Shown: positions 16,196 to 25,903 of the stretch, one piece after another
Position numbering within the stretch: position 1 is the stretch's first letter
Layout of the letters: each line of letters opens with the position of its first letter
From: Bacteroidales bacterium
GTDB taxonomy: Bacteria; Bacteroidota; Bacteroidia; Bacteroidales; NBLH01
Assembly: GCA_050296515.1 (NCBI GenBank)
Contig: JBNKRJ010000138.1
Location: forward strand, 31,677-95,676
Direction of reading: 5' to 3'
DNA length: 64,000 nt
Program-made: the position numbers and the translations under genes
Notes under the pieces: generated by a model
The model's input: the letters and a program-made list of their open reading frames with translations, nothing else
Told to the model about the DNA's origin: nothing
Database searches by the model: none

Positions 16196-19177
16196 ATGGA
16201 AAATTATTATGGTATGTTAAAAAGGCTTTTATTGATGGTTGCTGCTATTGCAATTGCGAATTTTTCGTATGCACAGCAACGTACAATAACCGGCCAAGTA
16301 ACAGACAGCGGGGATGGTAGTCCCATACCTGGTGTGAATGTGATTGTTAAAGGAACAACAAACGGAACAATCACAGATTTTGATGGAAAATTCTCCATCA
16401 AGGCTGCAGACACGGATGTATTGGTGTTTTCATATATAGGGTATGAAGCAACTGAACAAGCAGTTGGTTCAGAAAATACACTAAATATTTCTTTAAAAGC
16501 ATCGGATGTTGGTCTTGAAGAGGTTGTTGTTATCGGATATGGAACGGTAAAAAAAGATGATGCAACAGGTTCAGTTAGTGCAGTTAGTGCAGAAGACTTT
16601 AACAAAGGTAATATTACTTCTCCTCAGGATTTATTAGTAGGAAAAAGTGCAGGCGTTGTGATTACCAATTCAGGTGGAGCACCTGGTAGTGGTTCAACTA
16701 TTAGAATCAGAGGAGGCTCTTCACTTAAAGCAAGCAATGATCCTTTAATTATTGTTGACGGAGTACCTATTGACAATAATACAATTGGTGGTGATGCAAA
16801 CTTTCTATCATTTGTTAATCCCAACGATATTGAAACATTTACTGTATTAAAAGACGCCTCAGCTACAGCTATTTATGGATCAAGAGCATCAAATGGTGTT
16901 ATCATAATCACTACTAAAAAAGGAAAAGCAGGAAAGGACATGACCATTTCCTATAATGGAAGTACTTCGATTTCAACTCCTATTAAATACATTGATGTAT
17001 ATTCTGGTGATGAATTAAGACAAATTGCCTGGAATAACAGGGATATTTATGATGCTATTACTTATGATAAATTAGGAACAGCAAATACTGATTGGCAAAA
17101 GGAAATTTTCCGTACAGCAGTTTCACACGATCATAACATAAGTATTTCAGGTGCATACAAATTTTTACCTTACCGTGTTTCAGTTGGTTACACAGACCAA
17201 AATGGTATTTTAAAAAACACTGATATGCAAAAACTAACTGGATCTTTAAACTTAAATCCTACTTTCTTGAATAATACGCTAAAAGTTAACGCAAGCGGTA
17301 AAGTAATGCTTACCAAAAATAACTTTGGTGCTGATGGTGCTATCGGTAATGCGATTAACATGGACCCAACTCAGCCTATAATGGACGGAAACGCAAATTC
17401 TGCCGGTTATTTCCAATGGCCAAATTATGGAGCTAATCTTGGTACAGCGAACCCTGTTGAACAGCTTGTTGAATCAAATAACAAATCAGATGTAAAGAGA
17501 GTTGTAGGAAATCTACAAATCAATTATACCTTACCTTTCTTACCTGAATTACAGGCTAATCTTAACTTGGCAAGTGATTATACAGAAAGTACGGGTTATG
17601 ATAATAGACCTACTACTTCTCCATCCAGCCTTGTTTCTCCTCTAGATTGGGGAAAGTTAAAGGATTACAGTGGAACAAACAGAAACGGCTTAATTGATTT
17701 CTATTTAAACTATACAAAAGATATCAGCTCTATTCAAAGCAAGGTAGATGTTACAGGTGGCTATTCTTGGCAGTGGTTCCAACGTGAAAAAGACAACTAC
17801 GAAAGAGGTGTTGTAGACGCTGAACATCCTTATCAACTATCTGACAGCTCTCAATCCTTTACTGAAAATTATTTAGTTTCTTTCTTTGGAAGATTAAATT
17901 ATACCTTAATGAACAAGTATCTGTTAACTGCAACTTTACGTTACGACGGTTCTTCTAGATTTGCAAAAGATAATCGTTGGGGTTTATTCCCATCTGCAGC
18001 ATTTGCTTGGAAAATTAAAGAAGAATCCTTCTTGAAAGATGTTGACTTTGTGACTAACTTAAAATTAAGACTGGGATGGGGTATTACAGGACAACAAGAT
18101 ATTCCTGGTGGTGATTACCCTGCTCAAGCAAGATATCTTTTAGCAAGACAAGGATCTTACTATCCAATAGATGGTACATACCTTTCAACATTACGTCCAA
18201 ATGCTTACGATCCAGATATTAAATGGGAAGAAACAACTACGCAAAATATAGGTTTAGATTTTGGTTTTATGAATGAAAGAATTACTGGTTCTATTGATTT
18301 ATATAAAAGAGAAACCAATGACCTTATTAATGAAGTAACCATTCCTAGTGGAAGCAACTTCTCAAATACATTGGTAACCAATGTAGGAAGTCTTGAAAAT
18401 AAAGGCGTTGAAGTAGCACTTGAGGTAATTCCTCTTTCAAAAGAAGAAATGTCTTTACAAATTGGATTAAACTTTACATATAATAAAAATGAAATCACAA
18501 AATTGTTGTTGAGTGACGATCCTGAATATATTGGAATTTTATATGGAGATGCATTTACCGGACAAAAACAGGTAACAAGAGTTGGATATCCAGCTTATTC
18601 ATTCTTTGTAAATAAACAAATTTATGATGCAAATGGCAACCCAATAGAAGGTTTATACGAAGATATTTCAGGACAAGGCGGGGTTGTAAATGGAGATAAT
18701 GAAGATAAATACATTTATCACAACCCGGCACCTGATTATACCCTTGGATTTTCATTCCGCTTTAACTACAAAAAATTTGATTTATCAGCATCAGCCAGAG
18801 CTAACATTGGTAACTATGTATATAACCAAGTAGCAGCAGGATCTTCTTATGATCAAATGCAGCAAATTGGCTATTGGAAAAATATGCCAACTTACCTGAC
18901 TGACTCAAAGTTTGTAAAACGTCAATTTACAAGTGATTACTTTGTGGAAAATGCATCTTTCCTAAAAATGGATAACATTAGTGCTGGTTATAATTTCGAA
19001 AATGTTTTTGATAAACTGAGTGCAAGAGTAAGTTTTACTGTTCAGAATGTATTCACTATAACTAAATATACTGGTATTGATCCTGAAGTAAAATATGATA
19101 ACGGGGTTCCTGGTATTGACAAAAATTTCTACCCAAGACCACGTACTTTCATGCTTGGCCTAAGTTTAACCTATTAA
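16196..19177 (+). CDS. susC: SusC/RagA-family TonB-dependent outer-membrane transporter
   Basis: 993 aa. Signal peptide, then the CarboxypepD_reg motif ITGQVTDSGDGSPIPGVNVIVKGT, then the plug region (VVVIGYGTVKKDD...TAIYGSRASNGVIIITTKKG), with a C-terminal barrel ending LGLSLTY. Followed directly by susD. The start could instead be the Met at 16214. Confidence 0.9.
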   Translation: MENYYGMLKRLLLMVAAIAIANFSYAQQRTITGQVTDSGDGSPIPGVNVIVKGTTNGTITDFDGKFSIKAADTDVLVFSYIGYEATEQAVGSENTLNISLKASDVGLEEVVVIGYGTVKKDDATGSVSAVSAEDFNKGNITSPQDLLVGKSAGVVITNSGGAPGSGSTIRIRGGSSLKASNDPLIIVDGVPIDNNTIGGDANFLSFVNPNDIETFTVLKDASATAIYGSRASNGVIIITTKKGKAGKDMTISYNGSTSISTPIKYIDVYSGDELRQIAWNNRDIYDAITYDKLGTANTDWQKEIFRTAVSHDHNISISGAYKFLPYRVSVGYTDQNGILKNTDMQKLTGSLNLNPTFLNNTLKVNASGKVMLTKNNFGADGAIGNAINMDPTQPIMDGNANSAGYFQWPNYGANLGTANPVEQLVESNNKSDVKRVVGNLQINYTLPFLPELQANLNLASDYTESTGYDNRPTTSPSSLVSPLDWGKLKDYSGTNRNGLIDFYLNYTKDISSIQSKVDVTGGYSWQWFQREKDNYERGVVDAEHPYQLSDSSQSFTENYLVSFFGRLNYTLMNKYLLTATLRYDGSSRFAKDNRWGLFPSAAFAWKIKEESFLKDVDFVTNLKLRLGWGITGQQDIPGGDYPAQARYLLARQGSYYPIDGTYLSTLRPNAYDPDIKWEETTTQNIGLDFGFMNERITGSIDLYKRETNDLINEVTIPSGSNFSNTLVTNVGSLENKGVEVALEVIPLSKEEMSLQIGLNFTYNKNEITKLLLSDDPEYIGILYGDAFTGQKQVTRVGYPAYSFFVNKQIYDANGNPIEGLYEDISGQGGVVNGDNEDKYIYHNPAPDYTLGFSFRFNYKKFDLSASARANIGNYVYNQVAAGSSYDQMQQIGYWKNMPTYLTDSKFVKRQFTSDYFVENASFLKMDNISAGYNFENVFDKLSARVSFTVQNVFTITKYTGIDPEVKYDNGVPGIDKNFYPRPRTFMLGLSLTY

Positions 19178-19197
19178 TATTTAATAATTAAATAGAC

Positions 19198-20823
19198 ATG
19201 AAAAAATATATTATTATAAGTATACTACTTTCAGCACTGATGATTACGTCATGTGTGAAAGACTTGGATGTAACGCCCAAAGATCCAAGTACAGTTCTAT
19301 CAGGTAACTTAAATGATGACCCTACATATATAAAGCAGGTACTAGGGAAAATCTACGCCAGTTTTAATATTTCGGGCCAAGGTGGAGGCAATGATGATGA
19401 GGACGGCCCTGATATTTCTGCACCGGATGCAAACTTTTTCACTACAATGAGAGCCTTGTGGAATTTACAGGAAATAACTACAGACGAGGCAATTTGCGCC
19501 TGGGGAGATATAGGTATTGCCGATTTAAATACTCAAACCTGGAGTCCTTCAAATCCATTCTTAACTGCTTTGTATCAACGTTTGAGTTTGAGCATTACTT
19601 ATGCAAATGACTTTCTTAATGTTACTGCAGGAAACACATCAGAAGATGTAATTAAATATAGAGCTGAAGCACGTTTTTTGAGAGCTTTGGCATACTATTG
19701 GCTGATGGACTTGTTTGGCAATCCACCCTTTACAACTGAAGCTGATGGAGTTGGTAAATATTACCCAAAGCAAATTCAAAGAGCTGATTTATTTAATTAT
19801 ATCGTAACTGAATTAAAAGATATTGAGAACGATTTATCGCCTGCAGGAACTTTTTCAGCACAAGCCGATCAAGGTGCCTGTTGGATGCTACAGGCCAGAG
19901 TTTATCTAAATGCTGAAGTTTTCACTGGTACTGCTAAGTGGGACAGCTGTAAAATGTATACAGATAAAGTTATTAATAGCGGAGCCTATGCATTAGCTAC
20001 AAATTACAGACAAAACTTTAGTGCTGATAATGATTTTGCACACAATCCAGAAATGATCTTTGCATGGGCATCTGATGGCCTCAACACTCAAGGATATGTA
20101 GGCACAACCTTTATCATTGAGTCAAGTAGTGATGCAACTTACATTCGGGCTGAGGATTATCATGGCCTAACTTCAAATACCAACTGGAATGGTAACAGGT
20201 CAAGAAAAGATTTCATGAATATCATTGTTGATACATTAGCTGCGTATAATGGTAATAATGTTGATCCTAATGACACTATCTTTGCTCAAAGTTCTGATAC
20301 AAGAGTACTATTAAGACAAAAAGCATCAATTGATATTCCTGCACCTTCTGCAAGCGGTGATTTTGGAATTGGAGTTTATAAGTTTACTGCAAGAAATTCA
20401 GATGGTTCGCAAGCTGCCAATTACAACCCTGCATTTGCTTCAACTGATTTTCCAATCTTCCGATTAGCTGATGCCTATTTAATGAGAGCAGAAGCGAATT
20501 TCAACATGGGACAAAATGCAGCAGCTGTTACTGATATAAATGAAATTAGGGAAAGGGCTTTTGGTAATACAAACGGAAATATTACTACAGCAGAATTAAG
20601 CTCTCAATTTATTTTAGACGAGCGTGCTCGTGAATTTTACTACGAAGCTCAAAGACGTACTGACTTAGTCCGCTTTGGACAATTCACAAATGGGACTTAC
20701 AACTGGCAGTGGAAAGGTGGAGCATTTAATGGAGTTTCAACCAGTAGTCACCTTGATATTTTCCCAATTCCAGGTGATGAAATTTCAGCCAACCCAAATA
20801 TGACACAGAATACTGGTTATTAA
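19198..20823 (+). CDS. susD: SusD/RagB-family glycan-binding lipoprotein
   Basis: 541 aa. Lipobox is LMITSCVKD. It has a TPR-like SusD pattern (ARFLRALAYYWLMDLFGNPPF, RAEANF, ERAREFYYEAQRRTDLVRF) and lies immediately downstream of susC. Confidence 0.9.
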   Translation: MKKYIIISILLSALMITSCVKDLDVTPKDPSTVLSGNLNDDPTYIKQVLGKIYASFNISGQGGGNDDEDGPDISAPDANFFTTMRALWNLQEITTDEAICAWGDIGIADLNTQTWSPSNPFLTALYQRLSLSITYANDFLNVTAGNTSEDVIKYRAEARFLRALAYYWLMDLFGNPPFTTEADGVGKYYPKQIQRADLFNYIVTELKDIENDLSPAGTFSAQADQGACWMLQARVYLNAEVFTGTAKWDSCKMYTDKVINSGAYALATNYRQNFSADNDFAHNPEMIFAWASDGLNTQGYVGTTFIIESSSDATYIRAEDYHGLTSNTNWNGNRSRKDFMNIIVDTLAAYNGNNVDPNDTIFAQSSDTRVLLRQKASIDIPAPSASGDFGIGVYKFTARNSDGSQAANYNPAFASTDFPIFRLADAYLMRAEANFNMGQNAAAVTDINEIRERAFGNTNGNITTAELSSQFILDERAREFYYEAQRRTDLVRFGQFTNGTYNWQWKGGAFNGVSTSSHLDIFPIPGDEISANPNMTQNTGY

Positions 20824-20840
20824 CAGAAAAACATAGTAAA

Positions 20841-21884
20841 ATGAGAAGAAATTTAATAATATTCATAGCTTTAATCGGGTTTGTCGGTCTTTTCTCTAAT
20901 TGCAAAAAAGAAGGAACCGAGTTAACCATGAAAGAAAGTGTAACTGCACCCACTTTGCAGTTACCTGCTAGCCTTGCTCTAACAAGGGAGCATGGAACAG
21001 ATACATTGACTTTTATAGGAACCTCTGTTGATCCTGGCTTTGCAGCTTCTGCTAAGTACTATTTAGAAGTTTGTCCTTCAGGTGATAATTTTGAGAATGT
21101 GACTGAAATCTATAATGGTAATCAAGCTTCGGCGATCAAAATTACTGTAAGTGACCTAAATCAAATTCTAATAAAATCGTTCCTTGAAGATGCTACATCA
21201 TCACTAGATTTTCGTCTTCGTTCAGTATTGACTGTTGATGCAGGAACAGGTGCACCAGGAACAGGTTCAGCTCCATTTGAGTACTCTTCGTCAACCATAA
21301 ATGCCAATGTAACCCTTTATGGTTTGTTACGTCTTGATTTGATAAACTCAGGAGTGGATCAAAAAATTGTTTCTCCATTAGGCGATGGAAATTACAGACA
21401 ATATGTAAAATTAGACCCTGCTAATGCATTTACATTATGGCATCCTGAAACAGATACTTATTATGGTGGTTCCAGTGGAACACTTGAGGTAGATGGAGCA
21501 GGTATAGTAGTGGGCGCTATTGGTTATTATGATCTTCAAGCTGACATTAACGATTTAACCTATCAAGTTGATCCTTATATGATTGCCATTGTTGGTGATG
21601 CTACTGGAAGCTGGGATAATGACCAAGACATGGACTACAACCCTGCAAAAGGATATTGGTATATAACTATTGATTTAGTAGGAGGTAAATATATCAAATT
21701 TAGAAAAAACGATGGCTGGGGCTGGAATATGGGGCTTGCGGATGATGAAGATGGAGGATTGTCAGGTGACTTAAAGCAAGGTGGCGTTGGCAATGACATC
21801 TTAATTGAAGAAGATGGAAATTATACCGTTTATTTTACCATTTTAAGTGATGACGCTGGTAAATACGAAATAGTTAAAAATTAA
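20841..21884 (+). CDS. SusE-like starch-binding outer-membrane lipoprotein
   Basis: 347 aa. Lipobox is LFSNCKKE. The C-terminal domain has the SusE/F-type pattern IVGDATGSWDNDQDMDY...KFRKNDGWGWNMG. It occupies the position after susD. Confidence 0.6.
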   Translation: MRRNLIIFIALIGFVGLFSNCKKEGTELTMKESVTAPTLQLPASLALTREHGTDTLTFIGTSVDPGFAASAKYYLEVCPSGDNFENVTEIYNGNQASAIKITVSDLNQILIKSFLEDATSSLDFRLRSVLTVDAGTGAPGTGSAPFEYSSSTINANVTLYGLLRLDLINSGVDQKIVSPLGDGNYRQYVKLDPANAFTLWHPETDTYYGGSSGTLEVDGAGIVVGAIGYYDLQADINDLTYQVDPYMIAIVGDATGSWDNDQDMDYNPAKGYWYITIDLVGGKYIKFRKNDGWGWNMGLADDEDGGLSGDLKQGGVGNDILIEEDGNYTVYFTILSDDAGKYEIVKN

Positions 21885-21890
21885 TCATAA

Positions 21891-21923
21891 ATACTAACTG
21901 TAAATTTGATTTACAGTTAGTAT
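21891..21923 (+). terminator. Perfect 15-bp stem hairpin between the susE-like and susF-like genes (attenuator or mRNA-stability element)
   Basis: atactaactgtaaat-ttg-atttacagttagtat. There is no clean T-tract after it (taaatataaaattt). Confidence 0.45.
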
Positions 21924-21945
21924 TAAATATAAAATTTATATTACT

Positions 21946-23829
21946 ATGAAGATTAAAACTTTAAAAATAGTAAGTGCTTTTTTTGCAGTACTGGTTATAC
22001 TTGCCGGTTGTAAAAAAGAAGATCCAGTAACTCTGGAGGCACAAATGGATACCTGGGGGGTTCGAAACATTACTTCAACAACCGCAGAATTAAGTGGTAT
22101 AGTTGTAGCAGGTAATTACGCTGAATACGGTGTTTGCTGGAGTACAGCAGCCAACCCAACTGTTGATGGTGCTAAAGCTTCTGCTACAGCTCCTGAAGGA
22201 GCCGTTTATTGGGTAACAGCTGAAAAACTTGACCATTTGACTAAATATTATGCAAGAGCTTATTCTATAAGTGATGGTGCAGTGACTTATGGCGAAGAAA
22301 CTTCATTTACTACTTTGGCAAACATTGCAACTGTAATATTAGATGCTCCTATTACAAATATTGCTGGAAAATCGGCTACTGCCACTGCTAATGTACCATA
22401 TGATGGTAAGTCAGATGTAACTGTAAAAGGTATCTGTTGGTCAACTACCCCAACACCGACTATTGAAGATGATAGTATCATAGATGCTGCTACTGGAACT
22501 GGTATTAGTGCAGCTATTACGGGCCTCGATGGTGCTACTACTTATTATGTTCGTGCCTACGCAATTAACAAAATTGGAACTGCTTATAGTAATGAGGTGT
22601 CTTTCACTACATTAACAGCTTCTCCTACTATAACTACAGATTCTCTTATGAATGAGACAAAAACTTCATTTGATGCATATGGAACTCTTGTTGTTGACGG
22701 AGGCGCAACTGTTACTGAAAAAGGTTTTGTGTGGTCTACTTCGGAAAATCCTACTACAGCTGATAATATGATTGCTGCTACTAATGCTGATTTCGGATCA
22801 TATTCATTAACAATTAGCGGTCTTGATCCAGGAGTTATGTATCATGTACGAGCCTATGCAATAAACAGTGCTGGTACTGAATATGGTGCAGATATGACTA
22901 TTAAAACTGTTACAGATCTTAAAAAGCTATGGATACCAGGTGGTTATCAGGTTGAAAGTGGTTATAGCACTGCCAATTGGACCCCTGCTGAGGCTCCAAT
23001 AATGATAAACACAAAAGACAATAAGGTTCTTGAAGGATATATTTATTTTGCTGCTGCTTCAGAATTTAAGTTTACCTCCTCTCCTGATTGGGATCATACG
23101 AACTACGGTAAAGGAACTAATCCAGGGGAATTAAGTACCGATAATACTGCTGGAAACCTTACAGTATCAGAAGCTGGACTTTACAGAATTACTGTAGATT
23201 TAGTAAATCTGACTTACACAATTACTAAAATGGACTGGAGGTTAATTGGCGATGCTGTTGGTGGCTGGGATAATGCAAATGAAGTGGATATGATTTACAA
23301 TAAGACATTACATCAATTGATTGTAACAACAGATTTGGCAGCTAATATATTTAAGTTTAGAGCAAATCACATATGGGGTGTTGCTGATGGTGGATATAAT
23401 TATGGCGATAATGATGCTGATGGAACTGTTGAATATGATGGAGCAAATATTAGTGTTGCTACAGCTGGAACATATACAGTAATGTTGAATCTAGCTACTA
23501 GAATTGATAAAGATGATGAATATCTAAAATTATCTTATACCCAAGCAGTTACAACCTGGGGTATTATTGGTGATGCAGCAGGTGGATGGGGTGACACTGA
23601 CGATTTATTAATGACCCCGGACATTGCAACAAATACCTGGACATATACAGGACCTTTAGCTGCTGGTGCCTTTAAATTCAGAGCAAATGCTGGATGGACT
23701 GTTAACCTGGGAGGCGCACCTGATAAACTTGAACAGGATGGTGCAAATTTAGATGTTGCAACAGCTGGTAACTATACAGTGGTTCTTAATTTAGCAGATG
23801 GTACATATACAATAACTCCTGCTAAATAA
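21946..23829 (+). CDS. SusF-like multi-domain surface lipoprotein (3 Fn3-like repeats plus 3 SusE/F-type carbohydrate-binding repeats)
   Basis: 627 aa. Lipobox is ILAGCKKE. Three ~90-aa repeats have the pattern G(V/I/F)CWST..NPT...YY(A/V)RAYAI...Y(G/S)..(T/V)SFTT. These are followed by three repeats with W.(L/I)IGDA.GGW......FKFRAN..W. Confidence 0.55.
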   Translation: MKIKTLKIVSAFFAVLVILAGCKKEDPVTLEAQMDTWGVRNITSTTAELSGIVVAGNYAEYGVCWSTAANPTVDGAKASATAPEGAVYWVTAEKLDHLTKYYARAYSISDGAVTYGEETSFTTLANIATVILDAPITNIAGKSATATANVPYDGKSDVTVKGICWSTTPTPTIEDDSIIDAATGTGISAAITGLDGATTYYVRAYAINKIGTAYSNEVSFTTLTASPTITTDSLMNETKTSFDAYGTLVVDGGATVTEKGFVWSTSENPTTADNMIAATNADFGSYSLTISGLDPGVMYHVRAYAINSAGTEYGADMTIKTVTDLKKLWIPGGYQVESGYSTANWTPAEAPIMINTKDNKVLEGYIYFAAASEFKFTSSPDWDHTNYGKGTNPGELSTDNTAGNLTVSEAGLYRITVDLVNLTYTITKMDWRLIGDAVGGWDNANEVDMIYNKTLHQLIVTTDLAANIFKFRANHIWGVADGGYNYGDNDADGTVEYDGANISVATAGTYTVMLNLATRIDKDDEYLKLSYTQAVTTWGIIGDAAGGWGDTDDLLMTPDIATNTWTYTGPLAAGAFKFRANAGWTVNLGGAPDKLEQDGANLDVATAGNYTVVLNLADGTYTITPAK

Positions 23830-23850
23830 ATAATATAATGCTTAAAAAAA

Positions 23851-23876
23851 AGCCCGTTATGAACGGGCTTTTTTTG
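23851..23876 (+). terminator. Rho-independent terminator
   Basis: agcccgtt-atg-aacgggct followed by T7. Confidence 0.8.
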
Positions 23877-23896
23877 CATAATTCAAGAGCAAAAAA

Positions 23897-25780
23897 ATGA
23901 AAAAAAATTTACTTTTTTTTATAGTGCCACTTCTCGCTGTCTCATGTAGTAATTCGCCATATAAAGAAGGTTCAAATGAGATTCAAAGAGATATTTCATC
24001 AGTACCTGAATGGTCAAAGAACGCTATCTGGTACCAGATTTTTGTAGAACGTTTTAGAAACGGGGACCGATCTAATGATCCTACCAGAGAAGATATCAAA
24101 AACACCTATCCGGATTCAATTCCAGGTAATTGGGCCATTACACCCTGGGGACAGGACTGGTACCAACCTGATGCATATTTTGCAAATTCCAACCTCGACA
24201 AAAAATGGGACAACCTTCAGCTAAGAAGATATGGTGGTGATTTACAGGGTGTTATCGATGAATTAGACTACCTTAAATCATTGGGAATCAATGCTATTTA
24301 CTTCAACCCCTTAAATGACTCCCCATCCTTACATAAATACGATCCTCGACACTGGCGTCACATCGACCGGAACTTTGGCCCCAATCCTAAAAAAGATATT
24401 GAAATTACAGCTTCGGAGAATCCTATTGATCCTGAAACATGGAAATGGACTACTGCGGATAGTTTATTTCTTCAACTAATTAAAAAATGCCATGAAAAAG
24501 GTATCAGAGTGGTACTCGACTACTCATTTAACCACACCGGCAAAGATTTTTGGGCTTTTAATGATGTAAAGGCAAAAGGAAAAGAATCTGAAGTAGCAGA
24601 TTGGTATGAGATTGAAAGCTTTGATGATCCAAACACCCCTGAAAATGAATTCAAATACAAAGGCTGGGCGGGTGTATCAACTTTACCTGAATTAAAAAAA
24701 GATATTATTGGGGACAAAACAGATATGCCTTTTAAAGGGAATTTTCACAGCCAAGGGGCTAAAAACCATATTTATGCGGTTGCTAAAAGATGGTTGGATC
24801 CCAACAAAGATGGCAAATTTGATGACGGAGTGGATGGTTATCGACTAGATGTAGCTGCCGAAGTTCCAATGGGTTTTTGGGTTGATTTTAGAAAAGTGGT
24901 CCGGGCGGTAAACCCAGAAACTTATCTGGTTGGTGAAATCTGGTGGAAGACATGGCCTGACTCACTCCTTTTACCAAACAATTTTTTAAGAGGAGATATG
25001 TTTGACGCTATTATGAATTATCGCTGGTACCGACCAGCAAGGCATTTTTTTGCTGATGCTCCCGAGCCTATGAAACCAAGTGATTTTGTTGCTGAACTGG
25101 AAGATAAATTCAGAGGAATTGATGAAGATCGCCAAAAAGCCATGATGAATTTATTGGCCAGCCATGATGCACCAAGAGTTGCTACCTCTTTGTATAACAA
25201 TGGTTTGTACAAATACCAGGTAAAGCCTTATGACAATGAAAATTACAAAATCGACAAGCCTGACAAGAGAACAAGGATCGTGCAAGAAATGTTGTTGATA
25301 CATCAATTTACATTTGTTGGGGCACCACATATTTGGTATGGAGATGAAGTTGGAATGTGGGGGGCTGATGATCCTGATACCCGCAAACCCATGGTTTGGC
25401 AAGATATTAAATATGCCAATGAAACCACTCATCCATTTGGTAAAGAAAGAAAAACAGACAAGGTAGAACAGGATACTGCATTACTTGGTTTTTATAAAAA
25501 GTTAATTCAAATCAGGAAATTCAATCCTGTATTGATTGATGGCAAACTTACATTTAGTTTGGTTGATGATGAAAACAATACCCTTGCCTATAACAGAAGC
25601 AATGATAAAACAGAAATGGTTATTGTTTTTAATAAATCAAACCAGGCCAAAGTTTTAGAAATACCAGTTGCTAAAGATGGTACGTATAAAGATTTATTAA
25701 ACGGAACTAGTTTTCAATCCGAAAATGGAAAGCTAAAGGTTGAACTGGAAGGAATGAAAGCAGTTATTTTAAAAAATTAG
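23897..25780 (+). CDS. GH13 alpha-amylase family lipoprotein (SusG/neopullulanase-like)
   Basis: 627 aa. Lipobox is LLAVSCSN. GH13 regions are present: NAIYFNPLNDS, VVLDYSFNHTG, DGYRLDVAAEV, YLVGEIW, LLASHD. Confidence 0.8.
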   Translation: MKKNLLFFIVPLLAVSCSNSPYKEGSNEIQRDISSVPEWSKNAIWYQIFVERFRNGDRSNDPTREDIKNTYPDSIPGNWAITPWGQDWYQPDAYFANSNLDKKWDNLQLRRYGGDLQGVIDELDYLKSLGINAIYFNPLNDSPSLHKYDPRHWRHIDRNFGPNPKKDIEITASENPIDPETWKWTTADSLFLQLIKKCHEKGIRVVLDYSFNHTGKDFWAFNDVKAKGKESEVADWYEIESFDDPNTPENEFKYKGWAGVSTLPELKKDIIGDKTDMPFKGNFHSQGAKNHIYAVAKRWLDPNKDGKFDDGVDGYRLDVAAEVPMGFWVDFRKVVRAVNPETYLVGEIWWKTWPDSLLLPNNFLRGDMFDAIMNYRWYRPARHFFADAPEPMKPSDFVAELEDKFRGIDEDRQKAMMNLLASHDAPRVATSLYNNGLYKYQVKPYDNENYKIDKPDKRTRIVQEMLLIHQFTFVGAPHIWYGDEVGMWGADDPDTRKPMVWQDIKYANETTHPFGKERKTDKVEQDTALLGFYKKLIQIRKFNPVLIDGKLTFSLVDDENNTLAYNRSNDKTEMVIVFNKSNQAKVLEIPVAKDGTYKDLLNGTSFQSENGKLKVELEGMKAVILKN

Positions 25781-25787
25781 ATAATCA

Positions 25788-25821
25788 GACCTTTCGGGTT
25801 TTAAAAACCCGAAAGGTCTTT
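25788..25821 (+). terminator. Long GC-containing hairpin after the GH13 gene (weak T-tract)
   Basis: gacctttcggg tttt a aaaa cccgaaaggtc followed by ttt. Confidence 0.6.
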
Positions 25822-25839
25822 AGTGTCATGGATAGAAGA

Positions 25840-25863
25840 AACTGATGGGTTAACCCATCAGTT
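25840..25863. promoter_or_regulatory. Perfect 24-bp palindrome upstream of the T9SS GH13 gene
   Basis: aactgatgggtt|aacccatcagtt, located 40 bp upstream of the ATG at 25904. Confidence 0.5.
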
Positions 25864-25903
25864 AGCCCTCGATTCAACACTAGTTATAAAAGGAGGCTTT
25901 ACT

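Noticed and set aside
25823-25903. Longer N-terminal extension (MSWIEETDGLTHQ...) of the T9SS GH13 ORF
   Set aside because: The extension overlaps the terminator hairpin and the 24-bp palindrome. The internal Met at 25904 is followed by a textbook signal peptide and preceded by AGGAGG.
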